A stretch of DNA of 64,000 bases, from NCBI GenBank assembly GCA_963849365.1, contig CAWKHA010000004.1, positions 1,570,051-1,634,050 on the forward strand. The letters run 5' to 3'. Below the pieces are notes generated by a model. It saw only the letters and a program-made list of their open reading frames with translations, did not search any database and was not told the origin of the DNA. The DNA is from an uncultured Actinomycetota bacterium. GTDB taxonomy: Bacteria; Actinomycetota; Actinomycetes; Prado026. A program made the translations under genes and the position numbers. Shown here piece after piece: positions 16,415 through 25,411 of the stretch (position 1 is the stretch's first letter; each line of letters starts with the position of its first letter).

Positions 16415-17092
16415 ATGACCGCTGTCGAACAGCTGCCCGACGAGCAGGCCATGGCCGGGGTCACCGACGTGACCGCACGCCGGATCGGCTTGCTGGGCGA
16501 CGACCACAACGAGCAAGAGGATGGCAGCGATCTGCCCGATGAGGTGCTCACCGCTTTCGACGGCGTGGATCTCATCGTCCATCTCGGGCACATGGGCTCT
16601 GGCGACGTCTTCGCAAGAGGTGTGCTCGATCGGCTTGCCAAGGTGGCCCCGGTTCTCGCGGTCCGCGACTACATGACCAACGGCGCGAAGCAGCTGGTCA
16701 TCACGCCGGCCGACGGCGAGCGCGTCGCCGGGCTGACACGGGTCATCAAGGCCGGTGGTGTCCGCATCGGCGCGTTGCACAATCCCGGCCGCGGTCCAGG
16801 TCCGGAGATCGAGACACCGCCGGGTGGCCTGCCCGAGCTGCACGGTGTGGCGGTCGGCGACGTCCTCGCCGCGAAGTTCGGGGGCCCGGTGGATGTGGTG
16901 GCCTACGCAGGCAGCCACCGGGCGGCGACGCTGCTTGCCGACGGCGTGCTGTTCGTCAATCCCGGCAGCCCGACCTACCCGAAGGGGCCGGGACGGGTCG
17001 CAGGGGAGTGGGCGCTCGGCACGGTGGGCATCCTCGACGTCGCCGACGGCGTCGCGGCGTTCGAGACGGTGGAGCTCTCGCTGCTCAGCTAG
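16415..17092 (+). CDS. YfcE/MJ0936-like metallophosphoesterase
   Basis: RIGLLGDDHN, DLIVHLGHMG, AYAGSHRA and LFVNPGSPTYP blocks. ATG 16415 follows GAAGGGAG. Confidence 0.65.
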   Translation: MTAVEQLPDEQAMAGVTDVTARRIGLLGDDHNEQEDGSDLPDEVLTAFDGVDLIVHLGHMGSGDVFARGVLDRLAKVAPVLAVRDYMTNGAKQLVITPADGERVAGLTRVIKAGGVRIGALHNPGRGPGPEIETPPGGLPELHGVAVGDVLAAKFGGPVDVVAYAGSHRAATLLADGVLFVNPGSPTYPKGPGRVAGEWALGTVGILDVADGVAAFETVELSLLS

Positions 17093-17862
17093 TCAGCTGC
17101 GCTCATCAGGCGATCGGTTTGCATCTGCTCAGGAGCCGGGGGATGGAGCCAGTCGGGGCCAGACGTTCCGAGATAGGCGTGGATGCCGAGGGTGTAGAGG
17201 TCGAAGACCGGTAGGTGGCTGGTCTCGCGCACCGTCTGGCTGAACGGCGCGAGGTTCGCGCACTCGAGCACGATGGCGCCGACCTCGGGGTGCTCGATGC
17301 ACATCTCGCGCGTGAGCTCCTCGAGTTCGGCATGGATCCGTGCCGGGTCGCACTCGGGCGCATCGCCGACGAAGGTCCGGGAAAAGTGGCTGTCCGGTCT
17401 GGGCGCCGCTTGCACGATCGGGATGTCGTCGGCTGACCAGCCGCAGCCTGTGAAGTGCAGCTCGTTCAGCACCGCGTTCGCGGTGATGATGCCCACCTTC
17501 TGGCCCGGCCTGATGCTCGCGGCGGCGAGCGGAACCTGCAACAGGGAAGACGCGAACACCGGGACGGAGACAGCGGCCGCGAGCTTCGGCTGGTGTGCAG
17601 CCAGAAACCCGCAGCTGGTGAGGATCGCGCGCACACCGTCGGCCTCGAGCTCGTGGACCGCGTCGATCATCGGTGCGAGCAGAGACGGGTCGGGCTCGCT
17701 GACGGCTAGACGCTCCGGGATGGCGCCTCGGACCACGCGATACAGCACCGGAAAGGGCCAGGTGCGTGCATTGCCGATGTCTCCGCGCAGTCGGGGGAAC
17801 TTCGTGTCCAACATGAGGACCCCGACGGGAAGCCCGTACAGGGTGTGCCCACCCCTCAGCAT
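17089..17862 (-). CDS. Asp/Glu/hydantoin racemase superfamily protein (paralog 2 of 3)
   Basis: MLRGGHTLYGLPVGVLMLDTKFPRLRGDIGNARTWPFPV aligns with paralog 1 from residue 1. TATCAT -10 (17874-17869, minus strand) places the transcription start on ATG 17862. ATG 17880 is an alternative start. Confidence 0.8.
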   Translation of the reverse strand: MLRGGHTLYGLPVGVLMLDTKFPRLRGDIGNARTWPFPVLYRVVRGAIPERLAVSEPDPSLLAPMIDAVHELEADGVRAILTSCGFLAAHQPKLAAAVSVPVFASSLLQVPLAAASIRPGQKVGIITANAVLNELHFTGCGWSADDIPIVQAAPRPDSHFSRTFVGDAPECDPARIHAELEELTREMCIEHPEVGAIVLECANLAPFSQTVRETSHLPVFDLYTLGIHAYLGTSGPDWLHPPAPEQMQTDRLMSAAD

Positions 17863-17881
17863 CGGGCCATGATAGACCATA

Positions 17882-17898
17882 GTATCGGAACACGATAT
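17882..17898. promoter_or_regulatory. RTATCG-N5-CGATAY box at the -35 position of the racemase-like gene 2 promoter
   Basis: GTATCG gaaca CGATAT. Confidence 0.65.
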
Positions 17899-17945
17899 AG
17901 CGACCTGACGTGTCGCGCGGGCGGCGCCAGCCCCGAGCGGGGGAA

Positions 17946-19250
17946 TCAGCCCAGCACCGTCATTGTCGACTCCGCGTTGGGGACTCGCTTGCGCGAGAAC
18001 TCCCCGAGGTTGATGACGTGACCGGTGTAGTCGCACTCGTACCGGAGCGGATCCACATCGTGGTCGTGCCCGGCCTCGACACCATCCACCAGCGTCGCGA
18101 TGAACCGGCCTGCGAGGGGCGCGTTCTTGAACTGATTGCCGCTGGTCCCCATGGCCACGTAGTAGCCGTCGAGATCGGCGCGGTCGTAGATCGGCGCCCA
18201 GTCGTCGGACACGTCGTACACGCCCGCTACCCCCGTCGGGCGGTCGGGCACGCCCAGCTCGGGCAACCGGCGTGCCAGGCGGGTGACCTGCACGCGGAAG
18301 CGTTCGGCCGTGGCCCGTGGGCTGGCCGCGTCCGGGTCATCCACCCACTCCAACGGATCGCACTCCGGTTCCGTGCCGCCGACGAGGAGGAAGCCGCCAG
18401 GTGCCGTTCGCCAGTAGATGCCGAGGTCCAGGTCCGCGACCACGATGGCCAGCTCGGCACCGTCACGACTGCGTGGGGCCGCGACCTGATGCACCTCCTG
18501 CCGCATGGGGCGAACGCCGACGGAGAACTCCGCGCCCACGCCGGCGAGCCGATTCAGACTCGTCGACCATGGGCCCGCCGCGTTGACCAGCACCGGGGCG
18601 TACACATGGGTTCCGTCCGCCAGGCGCACGCCGACAACTCGACCGCCCTGTTCCTCGACTCCGGTCACGTTCTGGTTGAAGAGGAACTCCACGCCGGCGC
18701 GTTGCCCGGCGAACGCCAGGTTCTGGGTCGCGAGCTGCGGGTCGCTGATGTACCCACCGTCTGGTGTGTAGATCGCGCCGAGCCGTTCCGTTGCGTCATC
18801 GGCGAAGGCCGCGTCGTCGACCCGTCTGGGCGGCCAGTACCTGCCGGTGTCGATCCCCGGGATCCGTGCCTGCAAGGTGTCGGCGTCCCACTGCTCGTAC
18901 GGCACGCCGACCTCGTCGAACAACGCGATCACGCGGTCACGGGGGAGGATAGGGACATCCAGCAGCGCGTAGCCGGTGCGGACGAACGTCGCGAGCTGCG
19001 CCTCGTCGCCGGACCGCACATGCTCCGGCCAGTTCGCCCAGTAGTGCTTCGACTCCCACGCGGTGGCCACGGCGTCGCGGGTGGGGTACTCGAACCGAAC
19101 GATGGCGCTCGACGCGCCCGTCGACCCCAGACCGGGTCCGCCGGCCTTGTCGACGACGATGACCGTGCGACCACGTCGGGCCAGCTCCAGCGCCGCGGAA
19201 CAGCCCATCACGCCGGCGCCCACGACGACCACGTCCGCGGAGCGTGACAT
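17946..19250 (-). CDS. DAO-family FAD-dependent oxidoreductase (sarcosine-oxidase-beta / D-amino-acid dehydrogenase-like)
   Basis: MSRSADVVVVGAGVMGCSAALELARRG dinucleotide fold sits right at ATG 19250. The 733-aa ORF-track extension upstream is antisense to the next gene. Confidence 0.85.
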   Translation of the reverse strand: MSRSADVVVVGAGVMGCSAALELARRGRTVIVVDKAGGPGLGSTGASSAIVRFEYPTRDAVATAWESKHYWANWPEHVRSGDEAQLATFVRTGYALLDVPILPRDRVIALFDEVGVPYEQWDADTLQARIPGIDTGRYWPPRRVDDAAFADDATERLGAIYTPDGGYISDPQLATQNLAFAGQRAGVEFLFNQNVTGVEEQGGRVVGVRLADGTHVYAPVLVNAAGPWSTSLNRLAGVGAEFSVGVRPMRQEVHQVAAPRSRDGAELAIVVADLDLGIYWRTAPGGFLLVGGTEPECDPLEWVDDPDAASPRATAERFRVQVTRLARRLPELGVPDRPTGVAGVYDVSDDWAPIYDRADLDGYYVAMGTSGNQFKNAPLAGRFIATLVDGVEAGHDHDVDPLRYECDYTGHVINLGEFSRKRVPNAESTMTVLG

Positions 19251-19340
19251 CCCTACGACACCACCCGAGACACGTGCACGACGCAATCGCCGTCGGCGCC
19301 GATAGTCACTCGCTGCCTCCCGCCCCTGTCCCCCGAGTCG

Positions 19341-19370
19341 GTGACGTATTACGATATCTATAAACGATAT
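19341..19370. promoter_or_regulatory. RTATCG-N5-CGATAY boxes in the FAD oxidoreductase / dehydratase divergent region
   Basis: GTGACG tatta CGATAT (19341-19357, weak left half) and ATATCT ataaa CGATAT (19354-19370). Confidence 0.55.
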
Positions 19371-19395
19371 TGGATGCAAGGCACTGGAGCGGGTG

Positions 19396-20400
19396 ATGAC
19401 AGGCCTTTCAGCGCTGGCGCGCACGGTGGCGACGATGTCGGAGAACGTCGCTCCGAAGATCGCCCCGTACGTCGTCTGCACGCCGTTGGTGCATTTCGCC
19501 GCGGCGAGCCAGGCCTGCGACTCCACGCTGCTGGTCAAGAGCGAGCACCAGCAGTACACCGGGTCTTTCAAGCTGCGCGGAGCCCTATCGAAGATCCTCA
19601 GCCTGTCGGCGGAGGAGCGAAGCCGCGGAGTCGTGACGTCCTCGACCGGCAACCATGGTCTCGGGCTCGCGCAGGCCCTCGAGTCGCTCGGTGGCCGCGG
19701 CATCGTCTGCGTCCCTGAGGGTGCCTCGCCCGCGAAGCTCGCCGCCCTGTCCCGCTTCGACGTCGAGCTCAGGACCCTCGGCAAGGAGGCGGGCGAGACC
19801 GAGACCCTCGGGCGGAAGCTCGCCGATGACCTCGGCATAGTCTTCGTCAGCCCGTACAACGACCTCGACGTGATCGCCGGCCAGGGCACGGTAGGCCGGG
19901 AGATCGTCGCGCAGCTCGGCTCGAGCCCGCTCACCACCGTGGTCACGTCGGTCGGCGGCGGCGGGCTGATAGCGGGAGTAGCTGCCTCGGTGAAGGCGGC
20001 GCTGCCGACCGCCCGCGTCATTGGCGCCTCACCCGCGAACGACGCGGCCATGGCGGCTTCCGTCCGCGCTGGGAAGATCATCGAGATCGACGCGCTGTCC
20101 ACCATCAGCGACGGCACCGCCGGCGGTATCGAGCCCGGCTCGATCACCTACCCGCTGTGCGCCGAGCTCGTCGACGAATGGGTCCTCGTCAGCGAGCAAC
20201 AGATCTACGAGGCGCTGCGGCTGACCATCGACACCGAGCACCAGCTCATCGAGGGGGCCGCAGCGGTCGCCATCGCGGCCGCCATCGAGGCTGGCCGAGC
20301 ACACCCGAACCAGACCCTGGCAGTCGTCTCGTGCGGTGCGAACATCTCGACGTCGACGCTGCGGATCGCCCTAGGATCGGCCGAGAGGAGACCATCGTGA
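19396..20400 (+). CDS. PLP-dependent threonine/serine dehydratase family enzyme
   Basis: GSFKLRGA (PLP lysine), SSTGNHG and GGGGLIAG blocks. GTG 19393 is an alternative start. Confidence 0.85.
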   Translation: MTGLSALARTVATMSENVAPKIAPYVVCTPLVHFAAASQACDSTLLVKSEHQQYTGSFKLRGALSKILSLSAEERSRGVVTSSTGNHGLGLAQALESLGGRGIVCVPEGASPAKLAALSRFDVELRTLGKEAGETETLGRKLADDLGIVFVSPYNDLDVIAGQGTVGREIVAQLGSSPLTTVVTSVGGGGLIAGVAASVKAALPTARVIGASPANDAAMAASVRAGKIIEIDALSTISDGTAGGIEPGSITYPLCAELVDEWVLVSEQQIYEALRLTIDTEHQLIEGAAAVAIAAAIEAGRAHPNQTLAVVSCGANISTSTLRIALGSAERRPS

Positions 20401-20759
20401 CCTTCACGACTCTGCACAGTCCCGACGTCCCTCAACCGACGGGCGCCTACAGCCAAGGCCGGCGGATCGGGCCGTTCGTCCAGACCAGTGGCCAGGTCGC
20501 CAAGGACCTCGACCTGGACATCGAGGGCCAGACTGTCCAGGCACTGGAGCAGATCCAGGCACTGCTCACCCACGAGGGTCTGGGTTGGCCAGACGTGCTG
20601 ATGATTCGCGTCTTCCTCGCCGACGACGCGCTCTGGCACGGCATGGACGTGGCCTACCGTCGTGTCGTCGCGCAGCCGTACCCGCCGCGCACCACGGTCG
20701 GCGCCACCCTCGGACCGGACATGCTCGTCGAGATCGACGCGCTGGCGGTGATCGCGTGA
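20397..20759 (+). CDS. ridA: RidA/YjgF family reactive-imine deaminase
   Basis: PQPTGAYSQG...VQTSGQV...IRVFL...YPPRTTVGA...VEIDALAV. GTG 20397 follows GAGAGGAG and overlaps the upstream stop (GTGA). Confidence 0.85.
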   Translation: MTFTTLHSPDVPQPTGAYSQGRRIGPFVQTSGQVAKDLDLDIEGQTVQALEQIQALLTHEGLGWPDVLMIRVFLADDALWHGMDVAYRRVVAQPYPPRTTVGATLGPDMLVEIDALAVIA

Positions 20760-21766
20760 CCACCGGCGACCGATCGGTCTTCGACCAGCCACCTCGAGTG
20801 AACAGCGGCGGGCACGTCGGCCCGATCGACGCCTCGCTCGTCCCCCGTTTCGTCGGCGAAGCGACGTTCCTGCGCCTACCACGGCCAGGCGAGGTCGGCG
20901 ACATCGACATCGCCATTCTCGGGGTCCCCTTCGACTCCGGGGTCTCCTTCCGGCCCGGCGCGCGGTTCGGCCCGGCACACGTCCGGGAGTCGTCCAGGCT
21001 GATCCGGCCCTACAACCCCGCACTGGGCATCGAGCCGTTCGCCGTCGCCCAGGTCTGCGACGTGGGCGACCTGGCGGTCACGCCTTACTCCATCGACGAA
21101 GCGGTAGCCACCATCCAGGCGGGCGCACGGGAGCTGAGTGAGCGAGCCGCGCACCTGGTCGCGATCGGGGGTGACCACACGATCGCGCTCCCGCTGCTGC
21201 GCGATGTGCACCGCCGGCACGGACGCGTCGCGGTCGTGCACTTCGACGCGCACCTCGACACGTGGGACACCTACTTCGGCCAGCCGATCACCCACGGCAC
21301 GCTGTTCCGGCGTGCGGCAGAGGAGGGTCTGCTCGATCGGGACGGCTGCCTGCACATCGGGACCCGGGCATCGTTGTACGCCGCCTCCGACCTCACCGAC
21401 GACCGAAGCTTCGGCTTCGACATCATCTCGGCCGACGACCTGCAGGACCTCGGCACCCGAGCAACGGTCGAGCGGATGCGCGAACGGCTTCAGGACCGAC
21501 CCGTCTACGTGTCGGTCGACATCGACGTGCTGGAACCCGGGCTGGCGCCGGGCACCGGCACTCCCGAGCTCGGCGGCCTGCTCGGTCGCGAGCTACTCGG
21601 TCTGATCCGAGGTTTGGCCGGGCTGAACATCGTCGGGGGTGACGTCGTCGAGGTTGCCCCCGCCTACGACCACGCACAGATCACGGGGATCGCTGCGGCA
21701 CACGTTCTGTACGAACTCGTCTCCGCCATCGCGGTCACCCGCAGAATCAGGGGGAGCAGCTCGTGA
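20756..21766 (+). CDS. agmatinase/arginase-family ureohydrolase (guanidino-acid hydrolase candidate)
   Basis: Mn-site motifs GGDHTIALP, VHFDAHLDT and SVDIDVLEP. GTG 20756 overlaps the ridA stop (GTGA). Confidence 0.85.
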   Translation: MTTGDRSVFDQPPRVNSGGHVGPIDASLVPRFVGEATFLRLPRPGEVGDIDIAILGVPFDSGVSFRPGARFGPAHVRESSRLIRPYNPALGIEPFAVAQVCDVGDLAVTPYSIDEAVATIQAGARELSERAAHLVAIGGDHTIALPLLRDVHRRHGRVAVVHFDAHLDTWDTYFGQPITHGTLFRRAAEEGLLDRDGCLHIGTRASLYAASDLTDDRSFGFDIISADDLQDLGTRATVERMRERLQDRPVYVSVDIDVLEPGLAPGTGTPELGGLLGRELLGLIRGLAGLNIVGGDVVEVAPAYDHAQITGIAAAHVLYELVSAIAVTRRIRGSSS

Positions 21767-23367
21767 CCGCAGGCGTCCAGATCGAGACAGCGAGCAGCAA
21801 CGGAGGGGCCGCGGTCGTCCGTACTCTCCAGGCTCACGGCGTGCGCACCGTGTTCGGCATCCCCGGCACGCACAATCTCGAGATCTACCGCCACCTGGCC
21901 GAGTCGTCCATTCGAGTGGTCACCACTCGCCACGAGCAGGGCGCCGGTTACGCCGCCGACGGCTACGCGCAGGTCAGCCGTACCCCCGGCGTCGTCATCA
22001 CCACCACCGGTCCCGGCGCGCTGAACGCGGCCACTGCCGTCGCCACGTCGTATGCCGAGTCGCGACCGGTCCTGCTCATCTCCTCGGGTCTGCCCCTCGG
22101 CGCCAACGACCGTGACCTCGGCGGCCTGCACGACACCAAGGACATCCTTGGCGCAATGTCGTCCCTGACCGCCTGGAGCGTTCGCCCCGGGACGCCGGAG
22201 GAGGTCGTCGACGCGATCTCACAGGCGTTCACGCTGTTCGCCACCGAGCGACCCCGCCCGGTCTTCATCGAGATTCCGGTCGACGTCCTCGAGTCCGCCT
22301 GGAGCGGCTCGACGACCGCTCCGATCCGATACTCGGCCCGCAGCCTCGCCGATGACGCCGCATTGGCGCAGGCCGCAGCCTTGTTGAGCCGCAGCCGACG
22401 GCCGGCGATGGTCCTCGGCGGCGGTGCGATCGACGCAGCAGCAGAGATCCGCGATCTGGCCGAACGACTCGACACGGTCGTCGTCTCGACATGCAACGGC
22501 AAGGGAGTGGTATCGGAGACGCATCCGCTCAGCGCCGGGGCGTCGATCCGCCTGCGCGCGGTCCAGCGCTACCTCGAACACTGCGACGCGCTCCTCGTCA
22601 TCGGCAGCGAGCTCGGTGACGCCGACCTGTGGGGCGGACAGATCAGCAACCCACACGTGATCCGGATCGACATCGACCCCCGGCAGCTGCACAAGAACCT
22701 CCCGGCGACCGTGCCCCTGCTGGGTGACGCACGCGCCATCGTCGGCGAGCTGGTCAAACGCGTGAATCCCCGCTCGGTCGACACACGAGCGGCCGACGTC
22801 GCCGCCGTCCTTCGCGTGGCAGCAACCGAAGAGGCGCTGCTCGATGGACGCGACTGGGTCGAGATCAACAGTGCGCTGCGTGAGGCACTTCCCCAAGACA
22901 CGATCGTCGCCGGCGACTCGTCACAGGTCACCTACTTCGGAACCGCACACTTCTTCCCGACCGAGCTACCGGCGAGCCTGCTCTACATGCCCCGCAGCGC
23001 AACGCTCGGCTACGCGCTGCCCGCGGCGATCGGGGCGAAGCTGGCCGCCCCGCAGCGGCCGGTGGTCGCGCTGCTCGGTGACGGCGCGTTCATGTTCTCC
23101 GTACAGGAGCTGGTCACGGCTGTCGAGCAAGATCTCGGCATCGCGATCGTCGTGATCAACAACCGGGGGTACTGCGAGATCAAGCAGCAGCAGGCGCGGC
23201 GCGGAGTCGACCCGATCGGAGTCGACCTCTATGTGCCCAATCTCGCGGACCTCGCGCTGTCGTGCGGTGCGGCGGGCGTGACTGCGCGCGACCCTGACCA
23301 TGCCGCGAAGCTGACTGCCGCAGCGGTGAACGGGGCCGGCCCCACCCTTGTCGAGCTGATGGTCTGA
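21763..23367 (+). CDS. thiamine-diphosphate enzyme, acetolactate synthase large subunit / 2-oxoacid decarboxylase family
   Basis: FGIPGTHNL, HEQGAGYAADGYA and TPP motif LLGDGAFMFSVQELVTAVEQDLGIAIVVINN. GTG 21763 overlaps the upstream stop (GTGA). Confidence 0.85.
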   Translation: MTAGVQIETASSNGGAAVVRTLQAHGVRTVFGIPGTHNLEIYRHLAESSIRVVTTRHEQGAGYAADGYAQVSRTPGVVITTTGPGALNAATAVATSYAESRPVLLISSGLPLGANDRDLGGLHDTKDILGAMSSLTAWSVRPGTPEEVVDAISQAFTLFATERPRPVFIEIPVDVLESAWSGSTTAPIRYSARSLADDAALAQAAALLSRSRRPAMVLGGGAIDAAAEIRDLAERLDTVVVSTCNGKGVVSETHPLSAGASIRLRAVQRYLEHCDALLVIGSELGDADLWGGQISNPHVIRIDIDPRQLHKNLPATVPLLGDARAIVGELVKRVNPRSVDTRAADVAAVLRVAATEEALLDGRDWVEINSALREALPQDTIVAGDSSQVTYFGTAHFFPTELPASLLYMPRSATLGYALPAAIGAKLAAPQRPVVALLGDGAFMFSVQELVTAVEQDLGIAIVVINNRGYCEIKQQQARRGVDPIGVDLYVPNLADLALSCGAAGVTARDPDHAAKLTAAAVNGAGPTLVELMV

Positions 23368-23401
23368 GACCCTGAGCGGGAGACCTGTCACGACCAGGCA
23401 C

Positions 23402-24382
23402 TCAGTACCGGGCACCCGCAACGCGAGTGGCAAGTGGGTCTAGGTCAGAAAGATCATCTGCGTCGAGCCGGACGTCCAGTGATCCGACGTTCTCTTCGAG
23501 CCACTTCCTTCGCTTGGTGCCAGGTATCGGAACGACGGGGACCCCGAGCTCGGCGGACCTTCCGCGGACCCACGTCAGTGCGACTTGTGCCGGGGTCGCC
23601 CCCCGTCGAGCAGCCACCGCCGCTACCACTCGTGCGATGGCCTGGTTCGAATCGGCCGCAGGGCCGGTGAACCTCGGGGTTCCGGCCCTCATGTCGCCTG
23701 GTCGGATCGTCAGGGTGTCCAGCGATCCGGTCAGGAAGCCACGCCCGAGTGGCGCGAAGGGGACCAGCGCTACGCCCAGCTCACGGGCGGCTCGCAGCAC
23801 GGTGATCTCGGGGTCGCGCGTCCACAACGAGTACTCGCTCTGCACCGCCGCGATCGGGTGGACGGAGCTTGCTCGCCGTAGGAGCGCGTCGTCCACCTCC
23901 GACAGGCCCAGGTAGCGCACCTTGCCCTCGGCCACCAGGTCCGCCATGGCGCCGACGGTCTCCTCGATCTCGGCATCCTCAGCAGGACGGTGCAGGTAGT
24001 AGAGATCGATGTGCTCGACCCCGAGGCGCAGCAGCGAGCTCACGCAGGACTGCTTGACGTACGCCGGGCTCCCACGCACGCGACGACTCTCCCTCCCCTC
24101 GGACACGTCTATGCCGAACTTCGTCGCCAGCTGCACCTCATCACGTCGGCTCGCGATCGCACGGCCGACGAGCACCTCGTTGTGGCCGGCGCCGTAGACA
24201 TCCGCGGTGTCGAGGAACGTGATCCCCAAGTCCAGAGCGCGGTGGATGGTCTCGGTGGCCTCGTCCCAGTCGGAGGCTCCGTAGCCTTGGCTCATCCCCA
24301 TGCAGCCCAGACCCAACCCGGAGACGGCCAGTCCTCCGATGCTGACGGTCGGCACCGTCACGGGCGCTCGCCGGGAGGTCAT
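23402..24382 (-). CDS. aldo/keto reductase
   Basis: GLGCMGMS, FLDTADVYG and DLYYLHRP blocks. ATGA overlap with the upstream cyclodeaminase-like gene. Confidence 0.85.
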   Translation of the reverse strand: MTSRRAPVTVPTVSIGGLAVSGLGLGCMGMSQGYGASDWDEATETIHRALDLGITFLDTADVYGAGHNEVLVGRAIASRRDEVQLATKFGIDVSEGRESRRVRGSPAYVKQSCVSSLLRLGVEHIDLYYLHRPAEDAEIEETVGAMADLVAEGKVRYLGLSEVDDALLRRASSVHPIAAVQSEYSLWTRDPEITVLRAARELGVALVPFAPLGRGFLTGSLDTLTIRPGDMRAGTPRFTGPAADSNQAIARVVAAVAARRGATPAQVALTWVRGRSAELGVPVVPIPGTKRRKWLEENVGSLDVRLDADDLSDLDPLATRVAGARY

Positions 24383-25296
24383 CGGTACTCGCCTTGCATG
24401 ACAGCTGTGGCCACGACGAGATCCTGCCAGGCCATCCCCACGCTCTTGAACACCAGCGGTCGATCAGCGGGCAGCTCGACGGCGCCCAGCACGACATCGC
24501 GCATCGGCACCAGGTCTTTGCGATCCAGCACTCCCTCGTCGACAGCCAGGGCCACGTCGCCGGCCTCGCGCAGGGCAGTGCTGACATCCTCGACGATGAC
24601 ACATGCCCGGCCGACGAGGCGCGCATCCGGCTCGCGCGCGTCGGGCTCGTGCGAGCCGACGGCCACCACCACCGCGTCGTCGCGCAGGAGCTCGGTGTCG
24701 AACAGTGGCGACCGAGCTGACGTTGCGCAGACAACTACGTCGGCTGCGCGCAGCACCTCCTCCGCCTGCCGCGAGTCCAGGAGAACCGTGCCACGCGGGT
24801 CCTGGGGGTCGCGGACCACGAACGTGGCGTCATCCAGGGGTCGCACGGCAGCCAGGGCGGCCATGTGTCCGACGGCCTGAGGGCCGGCGCCGATCACCGC
24901 AACTCTCAGCGGCCGGTCCGTCAGGCGCCCGAGGATGGCCGCAACAGAGACCGCCGGGGTGCGCAGCGTTGTCAGCGCGGTCCCGTCGAGGATGGCTCGC
25001 AGCTGGAGGGTGTCGGCGTCGAACAGCAGGTAGGCAGCCTGGATGCGGGGTAGCCCCCGGCTCGGGTTTCCCGGGGCGACCGTAGCCACCTTGACGCCGA
25101 CCGCTGAGGGGGACCCTGAGGGCATGAGGAGGAACTGGCCGTGGTCCAGGTCTACCGGAACTCGGGCCGGATCGGCGGCAGGGTCGAGGCCGCTGCGCAA
25201 CGCGTCCGTGATGGCCGCCACCGCAGCGACTGGTCCAAGCCTCGCTACGGCGACAGCATCGACGTACCTCACGGCAGTGGACAGGGCCAGCATCAT
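24379..25296 (-). CDS. ornithine cyclodeaminase / mu-crystallin family (imine reductase-type) protein
   Basis: KVATVAPGNP, LTTLRTPAVS and RVAVIGAGPQA blocks. TATGGT -10 (25310-25305, minus strand) places the transcription start at GTG 25299 / ATG 25296, a leaderless layout. Confidence 0.8.
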   Translation of the reverse strand: MMLALSTAVRYVDAVAVARLGPVAAVAAITDALRSGLDPAADPARVPVDLDHGQFLLMPSGSPSAVGVKVATVAPGNPSRGLPRIQAAYLLFDADTLQLRAILDGTALTTLRTPAVSVAAILGRLTDRPLRVAVIGAGPQAVGHMAALAAVRPLDDATFVVRDPQDPRGTVLLDSRQAEEVLRAADVVVCATSARSPLFDTELLRDDAVVVAVGSHEPDAREPDARLVGRACVIVEDVSTALREAGDVALAVDEGVLDRKDLVPMRDVVLGAVELPADRPLVFKSVGMAWQDLVVATAVMQGEYR

Positions 25297-25321
25297 CACC
25301 ACAAACCATAGAAACAGTTGC

Positions 25322-25340
25322 CGATATCGGAGCATAGGAC
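25322..25340. promoter_or_regulatory. palindromic core CGATATCG between divergent promoters (cyclodeaminase-like / FAD oxidoreductase)
   Basis: CGATATCG at 25322-25329. The flanking half-sites are poor (ATATCG gagca TAGGAC). Confidence 0.45.
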
Positions 25341-25411
25341 TGTAGAGTCGCTCCCGCAACCGACCGAGTTCGCGCGTTCGACCAGTGCGCCGGTCCGCGA
25401 GGAGATGACTG

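Noticed and set aside
19251-20147. N-terminal 300-aa extension of the FAD oxidoreductase ORF (ORF track 17946-20147, 733 aa)
   Set aside because: The extension is antisense to the threonine-dehydratase-like gene and looks non-coding. The GxGxxG fold begins right after ATG 19250. The extensions of 30256-32766, 36329-38413, 650-1795, 27742-29925, 45999-47555 and 15914-17092 were trimmed the same way.
23368-23401. Weak inverted repeat GGTCT...AGACC between the convergent TPP and aldo/keto reductase genes as a bidirectional terminator
   Set aside because: The stem is short and imperfect with no T-tract on either strand.
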